64,000 bases of DNA from Diadema antillarum (taxonomy: Eukaryota), in assembly GCF_040938485.1 (NCBI RefSeq), contig NW_027271416.1, positions 186,001 to 250,000 on the forward strand, read 5' to 3'. Below the pieces are notes generated by a model. The model saw only the letters and a program-made list of their open reading frames with translations, did no database searches and had not been told where the DNA came from. The position numbers and the translations under genes are program-made. Position 1 is the first letter of the stretch. Each line of letters begins with the position of its first letter. Below, one piece after another: positions 61,901 through 64,000 of the stretch.

Positions 61901-63663
61901 TCCATCATCGAGGTCATCCTCACCGCCTCCCCCTCGAAAGCCATCGCCACCTCCATCCTTGTCACCTCCATCTTTCACAGGAACAAGGTAGAGCTCTCCC
62001 AGCTGAGTTTGCTGATACCAAGCGCATCCAATGAAATGAACATGGTATTCAATTGTAGCTGTCAAATATGGGAGAATAGATCAATTCACTCAATCCGAGT
62101 GTCATTCAATTTCAATTTCAATGAATGTCTGTGAAAGTTCATTTAGCTCGATAATGACAGAGTGTAGTATGAAAGAAGAGCTGATCAGCACTTGATTAAT
62201 TAGATGGTGAGTTTCAATTTGAATTCAAATTTCAGCACTGTGAATGACAAGCCTGTATTGAGTCACACCAAAGTTCTCAACTTTGCATTTACACATATGT
62301 ACGTAAAGAGAGTTTCTCAGGAAGCAACTTGAGAAACCCTAGAATTGGCTTCTTGAGAAAAGAGATCTTTGTGCATGGGTATGTTCTCACTGGGCTGATA
62401 ATCATGATTTTTCAACATTATCTTAATATACTGTATACGCCATATATTTCATGGGGGCTTTATTTTTGACAATTTCACAATAGGGTGCTATTCTTGAATT
62501 TAACAATTTGCAGAAATGTAGACTCTGATTCTGACATGAATGCAACATGCATGCAGACATTTCTCCATCTACAGTTTGTATTCCTGTACTCTGGGGCCCC
62601 ATTTCATAAAAACTTGATATGTTAGCAACTCTTGCTGGAATGGCAATTGTCATGGTAACGACAAGAATCCAGCTTCCTGATTGGCTGTTGCTATAGGAGG
62701 TTGCCATTCCCGCGAGAGTTGCTATCATATAATTTTTTATGAAATGGGGCCCTGGCCGCCCAAATCAGGAATTTAACCACTCACAAATTGTCAGGTAGTT
62801 CTGTTTCATGAAATATTGAAACTCGCTAAAAGTATGCTGTATGCTCTTCAGTTGCAGACACATAATCTGTTGCTAATCTCAACTGTTGACTGAATTGTTG
62901 ATTCCAGATCAGAGTGGGAGTCGTGGCAACACTTCTGTCTCCCGGTCGACCTTGACCTCAACCTGTCCGACCTCTCGTGTCAGGTCATGTGCCAGGATGT
63001 GCCCCAGTGTGCCGTGAGACTCGCCACTCTCCATGGAAGCTGGAGTGTAACCTCCGATGCAGGGAAGTCTGTCCAGAAGCCGTTTGCTTACATCAGGTGA
63101 GATGTCTCTACTGCACTTTCAATCACTATGCTGTGTAGAAATTCATGTAATGCAAATATAATCCCTTTGATAACTCTACATATTTATATGAAATTATTTT
63201 TTACACTTGCAGTATTGCAGACATGGTATAAAATCACAGTGTATTGCTGGTTTGCAAACCAACATTCTTGCAGTATTTTGATAGCGTTTGCAGAGACGTA
63301 ATGCTTTGTGAGATAATTTGTTTGGAAGTATTGTTGTGTTGATATGTATTTCCTACAGATTTTGTAAATAGGATTCAACTTATTTCCAACTGCTATCAGT
63401 ATTTTCAAGACAGACTGAAACATAAGTCTTCAGCTTTACCAGGCAATTGGTATTTACACTTACTTTCCATTGACAGCAGCACACGACTATCATCTATGAA
63501 ACAATGCTCTAGTTTGATGTTCTGTGTAAATTTCAGAGGGAGTATGCACAGTGAGCAGCTGTACCTGCTGGTAGGTGACTCGGTGCGCACCCCCTCTGGA
63601 GCCATGCTACCCACCAGACATGTGTGGGGGACTGTTTGTGCAATAGAAGCCTTGGATGCAAAG
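43982..63663 (+). CDS. BLTP2: Bridge-like lipid transfer protein family member 2 (KIAA0100/hobbit/Fmp27-like), first 17 exons (575 codons); the gene continues beyond the window
   Basis: Exons 43982-44046, 46998-47118, 47668-47717, 48304-48431, 49161-49216, 51401-51519, 51993-52056, 52693-52779, 55006-55051, 56516-56572, 58523-58614, 58999-59057, 60192-60316, 61259-61326, 61716-61987, 62908-63096 and 63537-63663 give one open frame of 1725 nt with GT-AG junctions. It has an N-terminal TM anchor (MDLYSFLFYVFVFVLSVTLLSR), then IGFFSWKNISV, VDCIWIS, FHMEAVNIMLL and LLVGDS...HVWGTV. These are colinear with KIAA0100 segments as I recall them (IGSFRFFWIQNVSL, IDNLWIS, IHVDAINIMVL, WRVGSD...HVWGEA). 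The middle exons 9-13 are less certain. Confidence 0.88.
44588..45876. mobile_element. Unclassified non-autonomous DNA transposon (1.29 kb) with TIRs, subterminal tandem repeats and TTA target duplication, in BLTP2 intron 1
   Basis: TTA|TGCACTTGTCAATGTAATGA..CCCCACT.CCCCCGGACATGGGTGCGTCA ... TGACGCACCCATGTCCGGGGG.AGTGGGG..TCATTACATTGACAAGTGCA|TTA. Subterminal repeats of TTTTGACGGACA..ACACC occur at both ends. Confidence 0.85.
48706..49103 (+). mobile_element. Helentron/DINE-1-like non-autonomous element
   Basis: 5' TACCTCCACCAAGG..GGAGG; 3' TTGGCGGAGGT (inverted copy of the 5' end) followed by a short hairpin-like CTGCGCTCTCCGAGT and ..CAAGTT. Confidence 0.65.
49556..49709. mobile_element. 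MITE family B, copy 2
   Basis: CAG|GGGGTGTTTCATCAACGTTTG ... CAAACGTTGATGAAACACCCC|CAG. Confidence 0.85.
53041..54391 (+). mobile_element. Helentron/DINE-like (Tsp/Pearl-type) non-autonomous element with microsatellite and seven core repeats of about 161 bp
   Basis: 5' TTATACCCCCGCC with nearby inverted GGGGGTATA. (GGTCGGGC)n spans about 53090-53185. The core motif GTTGCCATGGTAAC recurs at about 53313, 53472, 53633, 53796, 53958, 54119 and 54280. The 3' end has subTIR GGCGGGGGTAT, hairpin ATCAC-CTTAA-GTGAT and terminal CTAGTT. Confidence 0.8.
56861..56977. mobile_element. MITE with GGCCCTGTTT TIR
   Basis: GGCCCTGTTTCATCAAAAG ... CTTCATAAAACAGGGCC. Confidence 0.65.
57519..58280. mobile_element. 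Non-autonomous DNA transposon (762 bp) flanked by ATAT
   Basis: ATAT|GTGACCCGCTACAACAAAA.GGTCCTAAAGTCG ... CGACTTTAGGATC.TTTTGTTGTAGCGGGTCAC|ATAT. Confidence 0.85.
59107..59675. mobile_element. TTAA-flanked non-autonomous DNA transposon (Kolobok-like, 569 bp)
   Basis: TTAA|AGGACAAGTTCACCTTCATAAACATAAGGATTGAGA ... TCTCAATCCTTATGTTTATGAAGGTGAACTTGTCCT|TTAA, a perfect 36-bp TIR. Confidence 0.9.
59990..60128. repeat. Degenerate (GAT/GGT)n low-complexity tract in a BLTP2 intron
   Basis: Direct inspection. Confidence 0.85.
62594..62751. mobile_element. MITE family A, copy 3
   Basis: CTG|GGGCCCCATTTCATAAAAA ... TTTTATGAAATGGGGCC|CTG. Confidence 0.85.
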
Positions 63664-64000
63664 GTATCAACACTTCTTCACACACTTAGTCTCTAGCTTT
63701 ATTGCATGATGTTGTATGGTATGGTTCTCATTTAACCAAAGCTTGGAATGAAACATAGTGAGTGCCCTCATATGTTAGCCATTACTCATGTCAAGTCGAA
63801 ATAATTTCATTTTAGAAAGTGACAAAGTGTCACATCAAACTATGTAGGGTTTTTGATTTTACATAACATGATGCAAAGCTATGCCAAGAACATGCAACAT
63901 TTGGAGTGCAAGACGAAGGGTACAAACTAACTTCAGTAACATATGGCACCTTGAGGCAAAAAGAGTCAAGGAAAACTTCTGAAATGGATGTGTTTCATTT

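Noticed and set aside
61703-62134. Overlapping 143-aa plus and 110-aa minus (Gly/Asp-rich) ORFs
   Set aside because: Alternative frames of the low-complexity BLTP2 exon 15.

Overview
AT-rich, intron-rich animal genomic DNA with six short N gaps, very probably from a sea urchin (echinoid), judged from the pmar1/micro1-type homeobox genes and the repeat landscape. All spliced gene models were assembled by hand from GT-AG junctions with consistent phases. (1) A tandem minus-strand cluster of two intact PRD-class (Q50) homeobox genes of the pmar1/micro1 family (6029-7267, 223 aa; 10882-11969, 219 aa). Each carries a duplicated eh1-like MSVDFLSRSSR motif. A decayed third copy lies between them (about 8195-8397), and CCAAT/Otx/TCF-like promoter motifs are partly shared. 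(2) A 4-exon selenoprotein M gene (15284-20453, minus). It has an in-frame UGA in a C-x-x-U motif, a C-terminal RDEL and a well-formed type II SECIS hairpin at 14114-14185. The ORF track misses it entirely. (3) TIMM22 (4 exons, 194 aa, minus). (4) TPMT (8 exons, 228 aa, minus). (5) The first 17 exons (575 codons) of BLTP2/KIAA0100/hobbit on the plus strand, head-to-head with TPMT and running off the window. The rest is intron and intergenic DNA packed with CR1/L2 LINE 3' ends, an internally deleted Tc1 element, TTAA-flanked elements, many MITEs, Helentron-like non-autonomous elements and microsatellites. No rRNA, tRNA or CRISPR array was found. Most short ORFs in the supplied track are spurious.
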